Shown here piece after piece: positions 50,652-61,232 of a DNA stretch of 64,000 nt (positions are counted from its first letter, which is position 1; every line of letters starts with the position of its first letter). The notes beneath the pieces are model-generated. The model made no database searches. It was not told where the DNA came from and saw only the letters and a list, made by a program, of their open reading frames with translations. The DNA is taken from contig JBEKKX010000009.1 of NCBI GenBank assembly GCA_050010515.1, positions 1-64,000 of the forward strand, read 5' to 3'. A program made the position numbers and the translations under genes. This stretch comes from Candidatus Bathyarchaeia archaeon (GTDB taxonomy: Archaea; Thermoproteota; Bathyarchaeia; Bathyarchaeales; Bathycorpusculaceae).

Positions 50652-51059
50652 TTAACTTAAATATTTTTTTCTAATATTCGTTTGAAGCAAATAAAGCACA
50701 ACTAAAAGGCTATACGCTATCTCAGTTAACGCTGCGAACTTGGGTATTCCAGGAATGCTTGGCAAATTCAAAACCGTTAAAGCATCAGCAACAATAACGA
50801 ATAAAGAAACTGCAACGGTACCAATCCATCCTGCCTTTTTGCCCTGCCAAATAAACACTGCAAAAACTAAAACTAGCAAGCCGAAAACCAAGGTGTAAAC
50901 GTCATAGGCTTCTGTCGCCTGCAAAATTGATGCCCCAAAGGCAAGAAGTAGAGCACCGAAGAAAACATGAATGACTCCAATAAACAGTTGAGCCGAGGTT
51001 AAAACAACTATGCCTAAGCGTCTGCCTTTGTAAGTAGGGAGATTACTTTTGCTAGTCAT
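50652..51059 (-). CDS. Membrane protein
   Basis: Four TM helices. Confidence 0.65.
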   Translation of the reverse strand: MTSKSNLPTYKGRRLGIVVLTSAQLFIGVIHVFFGALLLAFGASILQATEAYDVYTLVFGLLVLVFAVFIWQGKKAGWIGTVAVSLFVIVADALTVLNLPSIPGIPKFAALTEIAYSLLVVLYLLQTNIRKKYLS

Positions 51060-51131
51060 TCAATACACCGCTATGCAACAGATTAATCAGACCGAAGAAT
51101 TCAAATAACTTTCTACGCTATTTCAAGATAG

Positions 51132-51611
51132 GTGAACCATCTTTTGGTTGCCAAAATGGAGCGTGGAGCCCTATCAACATCTCTGTTGCTGCTTTTCGGA
51201 TTGTTTACAGCTCAATTTTTTGTCGGAATGGCACTTAACCTTTTAATTGTCACTCCAATGACCACTTTTCCAGCAAATGCCAGTTCATTTATGGATGCAA
51301 TAGTTTATGCCATAACAGGAGGCAACTTGCTTTTGACAAGCCACTTCATCATTGACATGGGCATAATTGCTGTTGGAGCAGTAAATTTGGCGCTTATCAT
51401 CCATAAAAGCAATGTTTACAAAGCCCTATCAATCGCCGGTTTCATATCAGTCCTTTCCGCTTTCGTAAACGGCGCACGCTTCGTCGCTTCAAATTTTACC
51501 ATTAACGGAATTTCTTACGGTATGGCTGGCGGCTTCATATTAGCGTTTGTTCTGTATTTTGTAATGGCTATGTTGATGTACCATGACATAGCCGTCCACG
51601 CCAAACCTTAG
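51132..51611 (+). CDS. Membrane protein
   Basis: Four TM helices, QFFVGMALNL. Confidence 0.65.
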   Translation: MNHLLVAKMERGALSTSLLLLFGLFTAQFFVGMALNLLIVTPMTTFPANASSFMDAIVYAITGGNLLLTSHFIIDMGIIAVGAVNLALIIHKSNVYKALSIAGFISVLSAFVNGARFVASNFTINGISYGMAGGFILAFVLYFVMAMLMYHDIAVHAKP

Positions 51612-51685
51612 ATACCCACGAAAAACAGGCAAGTCAAAGCTTATATCCAAATGCTGCTAAAACATTAAAAAGGACGCGTTTCCCT

Positions 51686-52630
51686 ATGGATTACGCTATA
51701 GAAACCACCGACCTAACTAAATGCTTCGGTTCCTTAACAGCAGTAAACAAGCTAAACCTAAAAGTCCAAAAAAACACAATCCACGGTTTTCTTGGTCCAA
51801 ACGGCGCTGGAAAAACAACCACCATAAAGATAATAGTAGGCTTACTTAGGCCGACTTCGGGTTCAGTTAAGGTGCTGGGGCAAGAGGTCCATGTGGACGA
51901 CGCGGATTCACGGTTAAACATCGGTTATATGTCTGAACTGCCCAAGTTCCCCAAGCACCTCAAAGGTGCCGAGCTTCTTGACATTTACGGTCGCATGTAT
52001 GGGATGTCGCAGCAGGAAAGGGCGGTGCAAATTCCCAAGCTAATCGAGTTAGTTGGCTTAAAAGGGAGAGAGACTGACCTTATCGGAAAATACAGCAAGG
52101 GGATGCAGCAACGCATTGGCATCGCTCAGGCATTGCTGAGTAACCCTGAACTTGTGGTTTTAGACGAGCCAAGCATTGGTTTAGACCCTGTTGGCATGGT
52201 GGAAGTTCGGGAGCTAATTAAAACTATTTCGAAGGAAGGCATGACTGTTTTCCTATCCTCGCATTTGCTTTTTGAAGTTGAGCAACTTTGCGACTATGTC
52301 ACCATCGTCAATACAGGGTCAATAGTGGCTTCTGATAGGTTGGAGAACATTTCGCATCAACTTGGGCCAGCAATGATACATATTGAATTGGTTGACCTTT
52401 CAGCCCCTGTTATTGCTGCCGTCAAGAAATTGCCGTATGTTTCAGGCACATGGAGAACAGGCAGCACGCTTATGGTTCAGGTAAATACTTACAGTGATAT
52501 TAGGGCGGAGGTTTCTCAAGCTGTAACTGGCGCTGGCGGAGTGATTGTGGGTATGAGCCAGAAAAACGCTAACTTAGAAGACATATTCATTCAACTTGTC
52601 ACTAAAGACCAAGGAGGAAAAGCGCAGTGA
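51686..52630 (+). CDS. ABC transporter ATP-binding protein
   Basis: GPNGAGKTT, YSKGM, LDEP, SSH. Confidence 0.93.
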   Translation: MDYAIETTDLTKCFGSLTAVNKLNLKVQKNTIHGFLGPNGAGKTTTIKIIVGLLRPTSGSVKVLGQEVHVDDADSRLNIGYMSELPKFPKHLKGAELLDIYGRMYGMSQQERAVQIPKLIELVGLKGRETDLIGKYSKGMQQRIGIAQALLSNPELVVLDEPSIGLDPVGMVEVRELIKTISKEGMTVFLSSHLLFEVEQLCDYVTIVNTGSIVASDRLENISHQLGPAMIHIELVDLSAPVIAAVKKLPYVSGTWRTGSTLMVQVNTYSDIRAEVSQAVTGAGGVIVGMSQKNANLEDIFIQLVTKDQGGKAQ

Positions 52631-53583
52631 CCACCATGAAAAACCCAGGTAGGCCGCGGCCAAGCTGGTTTAGCCGTTTCTGGGCAATCGTTAGATACGA
52701 AATGCTTTGGAATATAAGAAAGAAAAAGTTCATCGGTATAATCTTAGCCGTATTTGTCATCGCCACCTTGGTTTTGTTGGTGCCAGTTATCGGTAGCAGA
52801 ACATCAGGTGTCTCGATAACTAAAAACCCCGATTATGCAATGACGTTTGGCGGCAATGCCTTCGTGTTTTTGCTTTTAGCTATCGGAACCGCCATGAACA
52901 GCTTTTCAAGCGAGTTCGAAAGCGGAACCATTGTGCCTCTGGTGAGCAAGCCTGTATCGCGGACAATGATTTTCCTAGGCAAACTATTTGGAGCATTCAT
53001 ACTTCTGCTCATTTCATACGTTGTGCTGTATGGCTACATCACAATTGCGTCAGTGGCTGTTTACGGACCGCAGAACAATCTTCAATATATGCCGATGATC
53101 GTAGTAGGAAGCCTACTTAGCACTTTCATTTGGGTGGGACTGCTGTTTGCAGTGGGCTCTATATCAAAGAACACAATCGTCACAATTATAGTGGCAATAG
53201 GCTTGTTCCTTGCGCTCCTCATAGCAGGACCAATCGTTACGGTCTACTCTGGGCCTTCGCAGTCACTTAATTATCTGCCTGGCACAGGAGCCACTGGAAC
53301 ACTAATTGTTGGCCAAAACGCTACTTCGATAAACGCTGGCACAGACAACATAGGCACGAACCTAGTCAATTACGCGCTTTATCCTTCAGCAAACGTTTCC
53401 TTCTACAAAACAAACCTGACAGCTATAACAGTAAACGAAACGGCACTGCCAAACGGCGCCTTACTCTACACTGAATCAACAGGCTCGATAGCAACAACAT
53501 CTCTTGTCGTAGGCTGCGCATACACCGCTGGCTTTCTGGCAGTGGCTTGGTATGCATTTAAGCGGTCGCAAATACTTGAATAA
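52627..53583 (+). CDS. ABC-2 type permease
   Basis: EFESGT...KPVSR...GK; TM helices. Confidence 0.88.
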   Translation: MTTMKNPGRPRPSWFSRFWAIVRYEMLWNIRKKKFIGIILAVFVIATLVLLVPVIGSRTSGVSITKNPDYAMTFGGNAFVFLLLAIGTAMNSFSSEFESGTIVPLVSKPVSRTMIFLGKLFGAFILLLISYVVLYGYITIASVAVYGPQNNLQYMPMIVVGSLLSTFIWVGLLFAVGSISKNTIVTIIVAIGLFLALLIAGPIVTVYSGPSQSLNYLPGTGATGTLIVGQNATSINAGTDNIGTNLVNYALYPSANVSFYKTNLTAITVNETALPNGALLYTESTGSIATTSLVVGCAYTAGFLAVAWYAFKRSQILE

Positions 53584-53592
53584 AAAACGCCA

Positions 53593-53928
53593 TCAGCCGC
53601 TCATTAACTTGGCAAGTGTTGTTACAAACACTTCGATGCGTTCTCTTGTCCTGCCATAATCTGCCACTGACGTAATCGTGGTCACAGGAGTCTCTGCTGC
53701 AATGGACATCCGTGTCGTCTTTTCATCCACCTTTGATAAATCTATCACGAGTTTTGAGGGATAGGACAAGAAGGCGCCTTTAGTTTTAACTTTAAGATGA
53801 TGTGTCTCTTCGTTGGTTTCTTGTATTGTCCATTCAAGTTTAGCAATTGCTTTTGGAATAGCATCCCAGACAGCGTTAAGTGGATGTGAGACTTCGAGGT
53901 TTTCTTTTTCTTCTCGCAAGTAAGCCAT
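53593..53928 (-). CDS. Hypothetical protein
   Basis: 111-aa ATG ORF with alpha/beta pattern. Confidence 0.6.
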   Translation of the reverse strand: MAYLREEKENLEVSHPLNAVWDAIPKAIAKLEWTIQETNEETHHLKVKTKGAFLSYPSKLVIDLSKVDEKTTRMSIAAETPVTTITSVADYGRTRERIEVFVTTLAKLMSG

Positions 53929-54128
53929 TTTTCTTCGTTATTCTTTAGGTATTAACTTTTTATTAAAGACACCTGGTGTTACTTTGAAATTTGCATCATC
54001 CTGAAATTATTCTTGAAACATCGACACTTGCATTTGCTAAAAAAAGTGAAGAGAATGCACCCTAGAATGGTTAAGAAATCGTTGAAATCCAAGCGAAATT
54101 TCTAAATCACATGTGTTTTTTCGTTAAT

Positions 54129-54911
54129 TCAAACAGCTTTTTTTCTATATCTTAATCTGTAGATTGCTATTGCTATTGTAAGTGCTAAGGCAATCAGGAT
54201 AACGGCGATAGCTATTTCAACGGTTGTAACGATGTTTTGGCTGGCGTTTTGTTTTACTGCGATACCCCCGAGAGCCCAAACAATCACTAGGCTGTAGGCT
54301 ATGTCTCTTCGCGTAACTATAACAGCCAGAGTTATTACCAAAGCAACCATTAACGCGGTTACTGCCCATGTTTCAGGGCTTAAGCCAAAACCATTCCAAT
54401 TTATAAAAACCAGTGCTGATGCAACATTGGCGATGGCTGCTATGGTTATCCAGCCGAGATAAACGCTGAACGGCAGATGTATCAATAATTTCTCTTTCAA
54501 TGGGATCTTTGTTTTTCCAATGTTCAGGCGCAAGTAAATGGCAATTAATGTTGCCAGAAGCGCGAACATTACAATTACTGACTCGGTGATGAAGTTGTAT
54601 TGCCAGAGAAAAAGCCAGACACAGTTGAGTAGGCTGCTTAAAATGAAAAGAGCACCGATTTGTTTTTGGAACGGCTTGTCTTTTTTGCTCGGCAAGGCTT
54701 GGTAAGTAACGAATGCTAACAGTAGAATGTAGATTACGCCCCAAATGGCGAAAACGTAGCCTGCAGGTGTAACCAAGGTTGGGTATAAATCTGAAACTTG
54801 GCCGGTTGTTCTGCCATTAAGCACTGTAGTGTTTGCTAAGCCATTTATTGCAAGTGTTATAATGAAAGCGGCGATGTTCCCAAAGCGGAGTAAATTAACA
54901 TTTAATTGCGT
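54129..54911 (-). CDS. TspO/MBR-like membrane protein
   Basis: TPAGYVFAIWGVIY, PFSVYLGWITIA; frame open 5' of the ORF-track start and encodes an extra TM helix; start tentative. Confidence 0.8.
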   Translation of the reverse strand, partial: TQLNVNLLRFGNIAAFIITLAINGLANTTVLNGRTTGQVSDLYPTLVTPAGYVFAIWGVIYILLLAFVTYQALPSKKDKPFQKQIGALFILSSLLNCVWLFLWQYNFITESVIVMFALLATLIAIYLRLNIGKTKIPLKEKLLIHLPFSVYLGWITIAAIANVASALVFINWNGFGLSPETWAVTALMVALVITLAVIVTRRDIAYSLVIVWALGGIAVKQNASQNIVTTVEIAIAVILIALALTIAIAIYRLRYRKKAV

Positions 54912-55168
54912 TAAAACTACACCAAAATAAGATTAGTTGCTAAAATATTTAAAGCTTAACTTTAATTTGATGCAGTGGCTTAGCCGTCGCCAGCAAGCAA
55001 AACAAAAAAATCGAAATCTGAAAAAAAAGACCAAAATCTTTTTCTCAGAATCAAACAGGGCATAACTGATGCATAGAGGAAAATCATAGAAAACAGTTTA
55101 CAATAACTTCTTATTCCACAAGGGCTTGTTACAAAAGTGACATTGGGGGTTTTACCCAAAAGAGTCTT

Positions 55169-55939
55169 ATGGTAGCAACTCAAGATGTTATGAAACCAAG
55201 CGCCTTAAAAAAGTCGGCAAGTGCCCTAAACATGAAGCTGTCAATTGTAATTCCTGCCTATAATGAGGAAAAAAGAATTAAATACACTTTGGAAAGCTTG
55301 GTTGACCGATTCAATGGGACGTGTGAAATTTTAATTGTGTCTGAAAGCATTGATAAAACAGATGACATAGTAACTGAATTTTCTAAGAATTCAGCAGTCA
55401 TTAAGCTAATAACTTCAAACAGAAGGCTGGGAAAGGGGGGAGCTTTCAAAAAAGGCGTAAAGAATTCGCAGGGTGAAATTGTGGTGATGCTTGACTCAGA
55501 CCTTCCTGTGCCCATCTCAGATGTTGAGAAAGTAATTTCATGGTTGCGGGAGGTTGATGTTGCAGTTGCTTCAAGAGAGGTTGAAGGAACAAAAATTTTG
55601 GTTTATCCTCCGCTTGCCCGAGTATTCGCTGGTAAAGCTTTCTCTCGAATATTCAATGCTCTATTCGACCTTAACGTGAAAGATACGCAATGCGGCTGTA
55701 AAGCCTTCAAAAAGGAGGTCTTGGAAAACGTCCTCGATACCGTCGAGAGCAATGGCTTCGAGTTTGACGCAGAACTTTTATTCAAATGTAAAAGAATGGG
55801 TTACAGAATAAAAGAGATACCAGTAACGTGGAGTTATAAGCCAGATTCAAAGCTTAACCTCTTTAAGGACACGTTAAAGATGGGGAAAGGGGTTCTCAAA
55901 TTATGGGTGAAAACTTACATAGTCACGCAGAAGACTTAG
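55169..55939 (+). CDS. GT2 glycosyltransferase (dolichyl-phosphate glycosyltransferase-like)
   Basis: SIVIPAYNE, GKGGA, LDSD, DTQCGCK, FEFDAEL. Confidence 0.88.
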   Translation: MVATQDVMKPSALKKSASALNMKLSIVIPAYNEEKRIKYTLESLVDRFNGTCEILIVSESIDKTDDIVTEFSKNSAVIKLITSNRRLGKGGAFKKGVKNSQGEIVVMLDSDLPVPISDVEKVISWLREVDVAVASREVEGTKILVYPPLARVFAGKAFSRIFNALFDLNVKDTQCGCKAFKKEVLENVLDTVESNGFEFDAELLFKCKRMGYRIKEIPVTWSYKPDSKLNLFKDTLKMGKGVLKLWVKTYIVTQKT

Positions 55940-56589
55940 AGAGAATTGAAAAACGCGATTTTTGGAGCAAAGTAAAACTAAAGCTTATCTTGGATTTGGT
56001 TGAAGGCAAAAACGTTTTGGATGTTGGCTGCGGTTCAGGACGCCTATCTAAAGCACTGTTAGAGAAAGGCTACAGCGTAGTGGCAATCGACAGTGATTGG
56101 AAAGCTGTTGAAATCACAAAAAAGAAAGGAATCATGGCATTCGTATCAGATATAAATGATTGGAAAAGTGACGATAAATTTGATTGTATAATTCTCGGCG
56201 ACGTACTTGAGCACATCGAAGATGACAAGTCAGCCATGAGAAAAGTTCACGCTATGCTAAAACCAAACGGTTGCATCGTATTGAACGTGCCTTCTTACCA
56301 ATTTTTATTTGGAAAACATGACGTCGCTTTGGGGCATAAACGACGTTACTCCAATAATGAGCTTAAAAATAAACTGAAAGATTCAGGCTTTAAAATTGAA
56401 TATCTGAGACACTGGAATTTGTTAGCGATGCCAATTACTATTCTAACGAAAATTTCTAAAAAAGATTATCCGCATGAAAGAGTTTCAAATATAACCGTTC
56501 TATCAAAGCTTCTTGAAAGAATGCTTTTAGCAGAATCAAAGTTAAATTATTTGTTTGGGATTTCTATTTTGTGCAAGGCAAGAAAATAA
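55903..56589 (+). CDS. Class I SAM-dependent methyltransferase
   Basis: VLDVGCGSG, DVLEHI, GHKRRY. Confidence 0.88.
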   Translation: MGENLHSHAEDLERIEKRDFWSKVKLKLILDLVEGKNVLDVGCGSGRLSKALLEKGYSVVAIDSDWKAVEITKKKGIMAFVSDINDWKSDDKFDCIILGDVLEHIEDDKSAMRKVHAMLKPNGCIVLNVPSYQFLFGKHDVALGHKRRYSNNELKNKLKDSGFKIEYLRHWNLLAMPITILTKISKKDYPHERVSNITVLSKLLERMLLAESKLNYLFGISILCKARK

Positions 56590-56755
56590 TTCGTTTTCCC
56601 CTAAGATTCTAGTTGATTTTATAGCTGTGAAAGTTTAAAGCTGAGGAAATAGGGTAGACTTTTTGCTTAGTAGTTCTCGTAGCAAAAAGAGAAGCTCTTT
56701 GAACGGGTAATCTTCTCAAATAAGCCTTTGATGCCAAACTGATTTTGGAATCGCA

Positions 56756-57409
56756 TCAAGCGCCAAAGATTCTTCTTTTTATCAGTTTGTACTGCCGTTC
56801 TAAATTCAACGTTAACGGTACCGGTTGCCCGAAAGGCTGACATTTCCCGTTTGCAATTGCTTTAGCTATCGCGTCAACGTTGGGTTCAGAGTCAATAACT
56901 GTGTAGCCGTAACCGATTGTTGGACCGTAATGCGCGTCGGTTCCGCCTACGCATGGAAGATTCAGCTTTTGCGCTATTTCTCCTGCCTTTTTCTTGCAGT
57001 GGCTAAACGGAAACGCCGAAGCATTGAGGGTTTCCACAGCGTCAAATTGCGCATCTGTAACATGGCTATTTAAGCTGCCTTTGAACCAAGCGTAGGGATG
57101 AACTGCAATAGCTATCCCGCCCGCCTTATGGATTCGGTCAACTGTTTCCCTTGCGCTTAAGCCTCTTGGAATTAAATCTTGAATGTTAAGGGCAACTATG
57201 TGGCCGTCTGCGCTTGAAACCTCCATGCCTGGAATAACAAGAAAGTCTGCTTCTTTAGCTATTTTGCAGCTGCCTTCAATCTGGTTGTGATCTGTAACAG
57301 CAACAGCGGTCAAACCACGTTTTTTTGCATAGTAAACGAGTTCTTTTGGAGTTATTAATGAATCCTTGGAGTAGTTTGAGTGCACGTGAAGGTCGGCGTT
57401 AATTTGCAT
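56756..57409 (-). CDS. PHP-domain hydrolase
   Basis: DLHVHS, VTDHN, AVHP, GGTDAH. Confidence 0.9.
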   Translation of the reverse strand: MQINADLHVHSNYSKDSLITPKELVYYAKKRGLTAVAVTDHNQIEGSCKIAKEADFLVIPGMEVSSADGHIVALNIQDLIPRGLSARETVDRIHKAGGIAIAVHPYAWFKGSLNSHVTDAQFDAVETLNASAFPFSHCKKKAGEIAQKLNLPCVGGTDAHYGPTIGYGYTVIDSEPNVDAIAKAIANGKCQPFGQPVPLTLNLERQYKLIKRRIFGA

Positions 57410-57424
57410 TAATTAGCCCCATTT

Positions 57425-59140
57425 TTATTTGGGTTGGCTTGCCAGTTTCGCTCTAATTTGAGCCAACTGTTCATCTAGTTTTGCCTCGTCAGTTTCGATT
57501 TTGTGGAATAGTGGTTTTGGTTTAGCAATTTTATGTCCAGCCTCAAGCGGTTTTAATGCGTCGTTCCAGCTGCTTTCGTTGACGCTTCCTGAGAGGTTAA
57601 GTGTTTGCCAAAGCTGTTCCACCGTATCAGGCATGAAAGGCGCTGAAACCACCGTTATAGCTTTCACTATTTGGGCGGCAACGTAGAATATGGTTGCTGC
57701 TTTTTCCTTGTCAGTTTTCATCAGGTTCCATGGTTCCTTATCGTTGAGGTACTGGTTTCCAATGCGGCTTATTGCAATTAGCGTGTTGACGGCAGACTGA
57801 AGCCATGAGCTCTCGATTTCCTGTGCTGCAACTTGCACTTTCGCTTTGATTGCCTGCAACACGGCTTCGTCGCTGTTGTCTAGTTTAGTTGGGTTTGGAA
57901 TTTCGCCGTCAAATTTTGCAACGATAAAGGACAGGGTTCGGTGGATGAAGTTGCCGAAGGTGTCGTTTAGGTCAGCGTTGATTTTTTCGATGAAAGCGCT
58001 CCATGTGAAGTTGGTGTCTTTGCTTTCTGGTCTTGTGGCGATTAAAAAGAAGCGCCAGTAATCCACTGGAAACATCTCCAGCGCTTCGTCTATCCAGATG
58101 CCGACGCGTTGGCTTTTTGAGGCTTTCTCGCCTTTGAACTGGAGGAATTCGGTGGCGGAAACGTTCCATGGCAGGTTATAACCTTCGCCAGAAGCCAACA
58201 GCAGAGCTGGCAGAATTATTGTGTGGAATGGAATGTTGTCTTTGCCGACAAAGTAGAGGGTTTTGGCTTTCTTGTTAAACCAAAATTCCCGCCATTTTTC
58301 TGGCTGCCCCATGCGTTGGCATTGCTCGATAGTTGCTGAAACGTAGCCTAAAACGGCGTCGACCCAAACGTAGATTGTTTTGCCTTCGGCGCCCTTGAAA
58401 GGTGCGGGGATGCCCCATTCTACGTCGCGGGTGACGGCTCTTGGTTTTAAGCCTTCTTTTATCCAGTTTAAGCTGAAGTTTTTAACGTTGGCAGGAAGCT
58501 GCTGGTTATTCTGCAGATATTCGGTTAAGGGCTTAGCAAGTTTGGATAGGTCGATGTACCAGTGACGTGTTGTTTTCACTGTTGGCTTATTCTTGCAGAT
58601 TACACAGTACGGCTCGATTAGCATTGTTGGCTCCAAGAGCCTGCCGCATCGGTCGCATTGGTCTCCGCGGGCTTTTTCGCAACCGCAGTAGGGGCATTTG
58701 CCTTCCACAAACCTGTCAGGCAAGAAACGCTGGTCATGCTCACAGTAGAGCATCTGCGTATCCTGCTCGAAAATGTAACCGTTCTTCTGAATTTCCAGCA
58801 ATGTTTTTTGGACAAACTGCTTATGAACTGGGCTCTCAGTGCTGGTGTAATTGTCAAATGAAGCATTCCATTTGCGGAAAAGTTCTGCTACAAGGGCGTG
58901 GTTTCGGTCAGTTAGCTCTTCGGGTGTAATGCCTTGCTTTATCGCTTCTACCTCGATGGGTGTGCCATGCGTATCTGACCCGCTCACCATCAACACGTCG
59001 TCGCCCCGTAACCTGTAATATCGTGCTGTAACGTCGGCGGATAGGACTGAGCCGACAAGGTTTCCTAAGTGGGGCGTGACGTTGATGTATGGCCAAGCGG
59101 ATGTAACTAGAACTTTTTCAGGCAAATGTATCTCCAACAA
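57425..59140 (-). CDS. metG: Methionine--tRNA ligase
   Basis: SAWPYINVTPHLGN, Zn knuckles, YVWVDA, GKDNIPFH, KASKS. Confidence 0.96.
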   Translation of the reverse strand: MLEIHLPEKVLVTSAWPYINVTPHLGNLVGSVLSADVTARYYRLRGDDVLMVSGSDTHGTPIEVEAIKQGITPEELTDRNHALVAELFRKWNASFDNYTSTESPVHKQFVQKTLLEIQKNGYIFEQDTQMLYCEHDQRFLPDRFVEGKCPYCGCEKARGDQCDRCGRLLEPTMLIEPYCVICKNKPTVKTTRHWYIDLSKLAKPLTEYLQNNQQLPANVKNFSLNWIKEGLKPRAVTRDVEWGIPAPFKGAEGKTIYVWVDAVLGYVSATIEQCQRMGQPEKWREFWFNKKAKTLYFVGKDNIPFHTIILPALLLASGEGYNLPWNVSATEFLQFKGEKASKSQRVGIWIDEALEMFPVDYWRFFLIATRPESKDTNFTWSAFIEKINADLNDTFGNFIHRTLSFIVAKFDGEIPNPTKLDNSDEAVLQAIKAKVQVAAQEIESSWLQSAVNTLIAISRIGNQYLNDKEPWNLMKTDKEKAATIFYVAAQIVKAITVVSAPFMPDTVEQLWQTLNLSGSVNESSWNDALKPLEAGHKIAKPKPLFHKIETDEAKLDEQLAQIRAKLASQPK

Positions 59141-59276
59141 ACCGTTTAGTACCGCCCTTATTTAAAATTGCTAGGGCTTAATTATTACCAAATAAAACAT
59201 TACAAAGTAAGAGAAAATTTTGGTAAAGGCTTAAATTTTTCAAGTTGCAGTACCCGTAGCTTGAGGTTTCACACAG

Positions 59277-59666
59277 TTGCCTTACTGCCGAATATGCGGA
59301 ACAAAACTGGAAGAAAACGCACGGTTCTGCCATAAATGCGGGACACCAGTCGCCACTTTTACCCCTGCACCTCCGCCAGCAAGGCCGACGGAGAAAAACC
59401 CGTTTCTGGTACCAGTCATTATTTTAATAGCCGTAGTGACCATAGCGATAATTGTAGGAGTCGTCATTTTTTGGACGTTTTACTCTGTGAATTTTAATCA
59501 AGCAAACGGAGCAAATCAAACGAACGTTCACGAGTTAAGCTTCAATTTTCAAGGTGATATGGCAAAAGTAAACGTTATAGCCCAAAACTTGATCGGCAAA
59601 ACCGTCCTCATCACTACTTCCGCAACAGGATTACAGTATACTAATCATCAGATGGTCCCAGCATAA
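59277..59666 (+). CDS. Zinc-ribbon membrane protein (possibly truncated)
   Basis: YCRICG...FCHKCG, Pro linker, TM. Confidence 0.75.
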   Translation: MPYCRICGTKLEENARFCHKCGTPVATFTPAPPPARPTEKNPFLVPVIILIAVVTIAIIVGVVIFWTFYSVNFNQANGANQTNVHELSFNFQGDMAKVNVIAQNLIGKTVLITTSATGLQYTNHQMVPA

Positions 59667-59720
59667 GAAATTAAGCGTAAACATTTTAAATGCAAGCTCT
59701 CCAACTTTAGTGTATAAGAA

Positions 59721-59969
59721 GTGATTTCTTTGACTGAACAGAAAAAGGTAACCTTGCAAGAACTTGAAGAAAATAACGGAAAAAATGGTAAACCAGCCTA
59801 CATAGCATACAAGGGAAAAGTTTACGATGTCTCGCAAAGCAGTTTCTGGCTTGATGGAGACCACTTGGGAATGCATAACGCGGGCAAAGACTTAACTGAA
59901 GAGTTAGAGATGGCTCCGCATAGGGAGGAAACTTTTCAGAGAGTTAAGCTGGTAGGCGAACTAGTTTAG
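59721..59969 (+). CDS. Cytochrome b5-like heme/steroid-binding protein
   Basis: GKPAYIAYKGKVYDVS, HNAGKDLT, APH. Confidence 0.88.
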   Translation: MISLTEQKKVTLQELEENNGKNGKPAYIAYKGKVYDVSQSSFWLDGDHLGMHNAGKDLTEELEMAPHREETFQRVKLVGELV

Positions 59970-59979
59970 CGAGTAAGCT

Positions 59980-61215
59980 TTAAAAAATACATTGAAGTAC
60001 AGAATCAATCCGGCGCAAATCGCGCATTAATTTTTTTACATTTTTAGCGCTTAATGATCCACGCTTTTTGTGTAGTCCACTGATTGTTTCATATAGGCTA
60101 TCAAAAGCGGTTTTGGCGTCCAAATCATTATTCAGGCAACTTTCAAAGTCAGAAATAATACTACCAATAGGCGCATTCAACTCGGTATTGGCGCTATCTA
60201 CTTGTGCCTCTTGCAACTCCTCTAGCATGCTTTTTAGTGAATCCAGTTTCCGGCTGGTTTCAGCCAGCCTTACAAAAGTGAAATTTAGTTTTCCCCTGTA
60301 AGGCCCATAAATAAGAAAAAACCTCAAATGCCCACCACTAAAGCCCTTCTCTAAAATGTCACTTGGATAATACACGTTACCGGTGCTTTTAGACATCTTT
60401 TTGCGATCAACATAAAGGTGACCGCCGTGAAGCCAATATTGGGAGAGCTGTTTGCCTGAAACAGCTTCTGCAATGGCAAGCGTATAATCATGATGCCTAA
60501 CCAAATTGTCGATTCCGCCGCACGCAACATCAATTGAGAAGCCAAGATGTTTGGTTACTATGGCTGCGTCTTGAATATTCCACGCTGGTCTGCCACTGCC
60601 AATCGGCGCCACATAACAAACGGCGTTTTGTTTGCAGCCATCCCAAATAATAAAATCTCCCATGTTCCAGGGTGTGCCAGGGTACGTGTCCTTGTGGAAG
60701 CGGCGTTTCTTTTTCGGCCACCTACTCATGTCCAAGTGGGCAAGTTTTCCAAAGTCTTTGAATTTTAATGGGTCAAAATAAACGTTTTTTGCGCCCTTGT
60801 ACGTGTACCAGTACGCGTAGCCTTTTTCTAACAGCTGAGTGATTAATTTTGCCGCGTGGTCCACAGCTGAGGAAGCCCTTATGGCGTAGTCTGGCGTTTT
60901 GATTTTTAGGAGCTTGAAGTCTTGGAAGAAGACGGTTTCATTTTTTCTTGTCAGTTCCTCTATGGTGAGATTTTCTTTTTTTGCCTCTGCTATGGCTTTG
61001 TCTTCCACATCAGTTAAGGTAATTAGCCGCGTAACATTGTAGCCCAAGTATTCCATGTAACGTTGAAGTATGTCTTCAAAGAGGAAAGTGCGGTAGTTTC
61101 CAATGTGTGCTTGCTGATACGTTGATGGACCGCAAGTATACATTTTAACCTGCATGTCTTCAGCGGGTTTGAAGGGCTCAATTTTTCGTGTAATGGTATT
61201 GTATAAATTCAGCAA
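59980..61215 (-). CDS. Cysteine--tRNA ligase-like protein, divergent and C-terminally short
   Basis: MYTCGPS.Y...HIGNYR, TDVEDK, GRPAW, KMSKS, LNNDLD. Confidence 0.85.
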   Translation of the reverse strand: MLNLYNTITRKIEPFKPAEDMQVKMYTCGPSTYQQAHIGNYRTFLFEDILQRYMEYLGYNVTRLITLTDVEDKAIAEAKKENLTIEELTRKNETVFFQDFKLLKIKTPDYAIRASSAVDHAAKLITQLLEKGYAYWYTYKGAKNVYFDPLKFKDFGKLAHLDMSRWPKKKRRFHKDTYPGTPWNMGDFIIWDGCKQNAVCYVAPIGSGRPAWNIQDAAIVTKHLGFSIDVACGGIDNLVRHHDYTLAIAEAVSGKQLSQYWLHGGHLYVDRKKMSKSTGNVYYPSDILEKGFSGGHLRFFLIYGPYRGKLNFTFVRLAETSRKLDSLKSMLEELQEAQVDSANTELNAPIGSIISDFESCLNNDLDAKTAFDSLYETISGLHKKRGSLSAKNVKKLMRDLRRIDSVLQCIF

Positions 61216-61232
61216 TCAGTCGGCTTCTCCAC

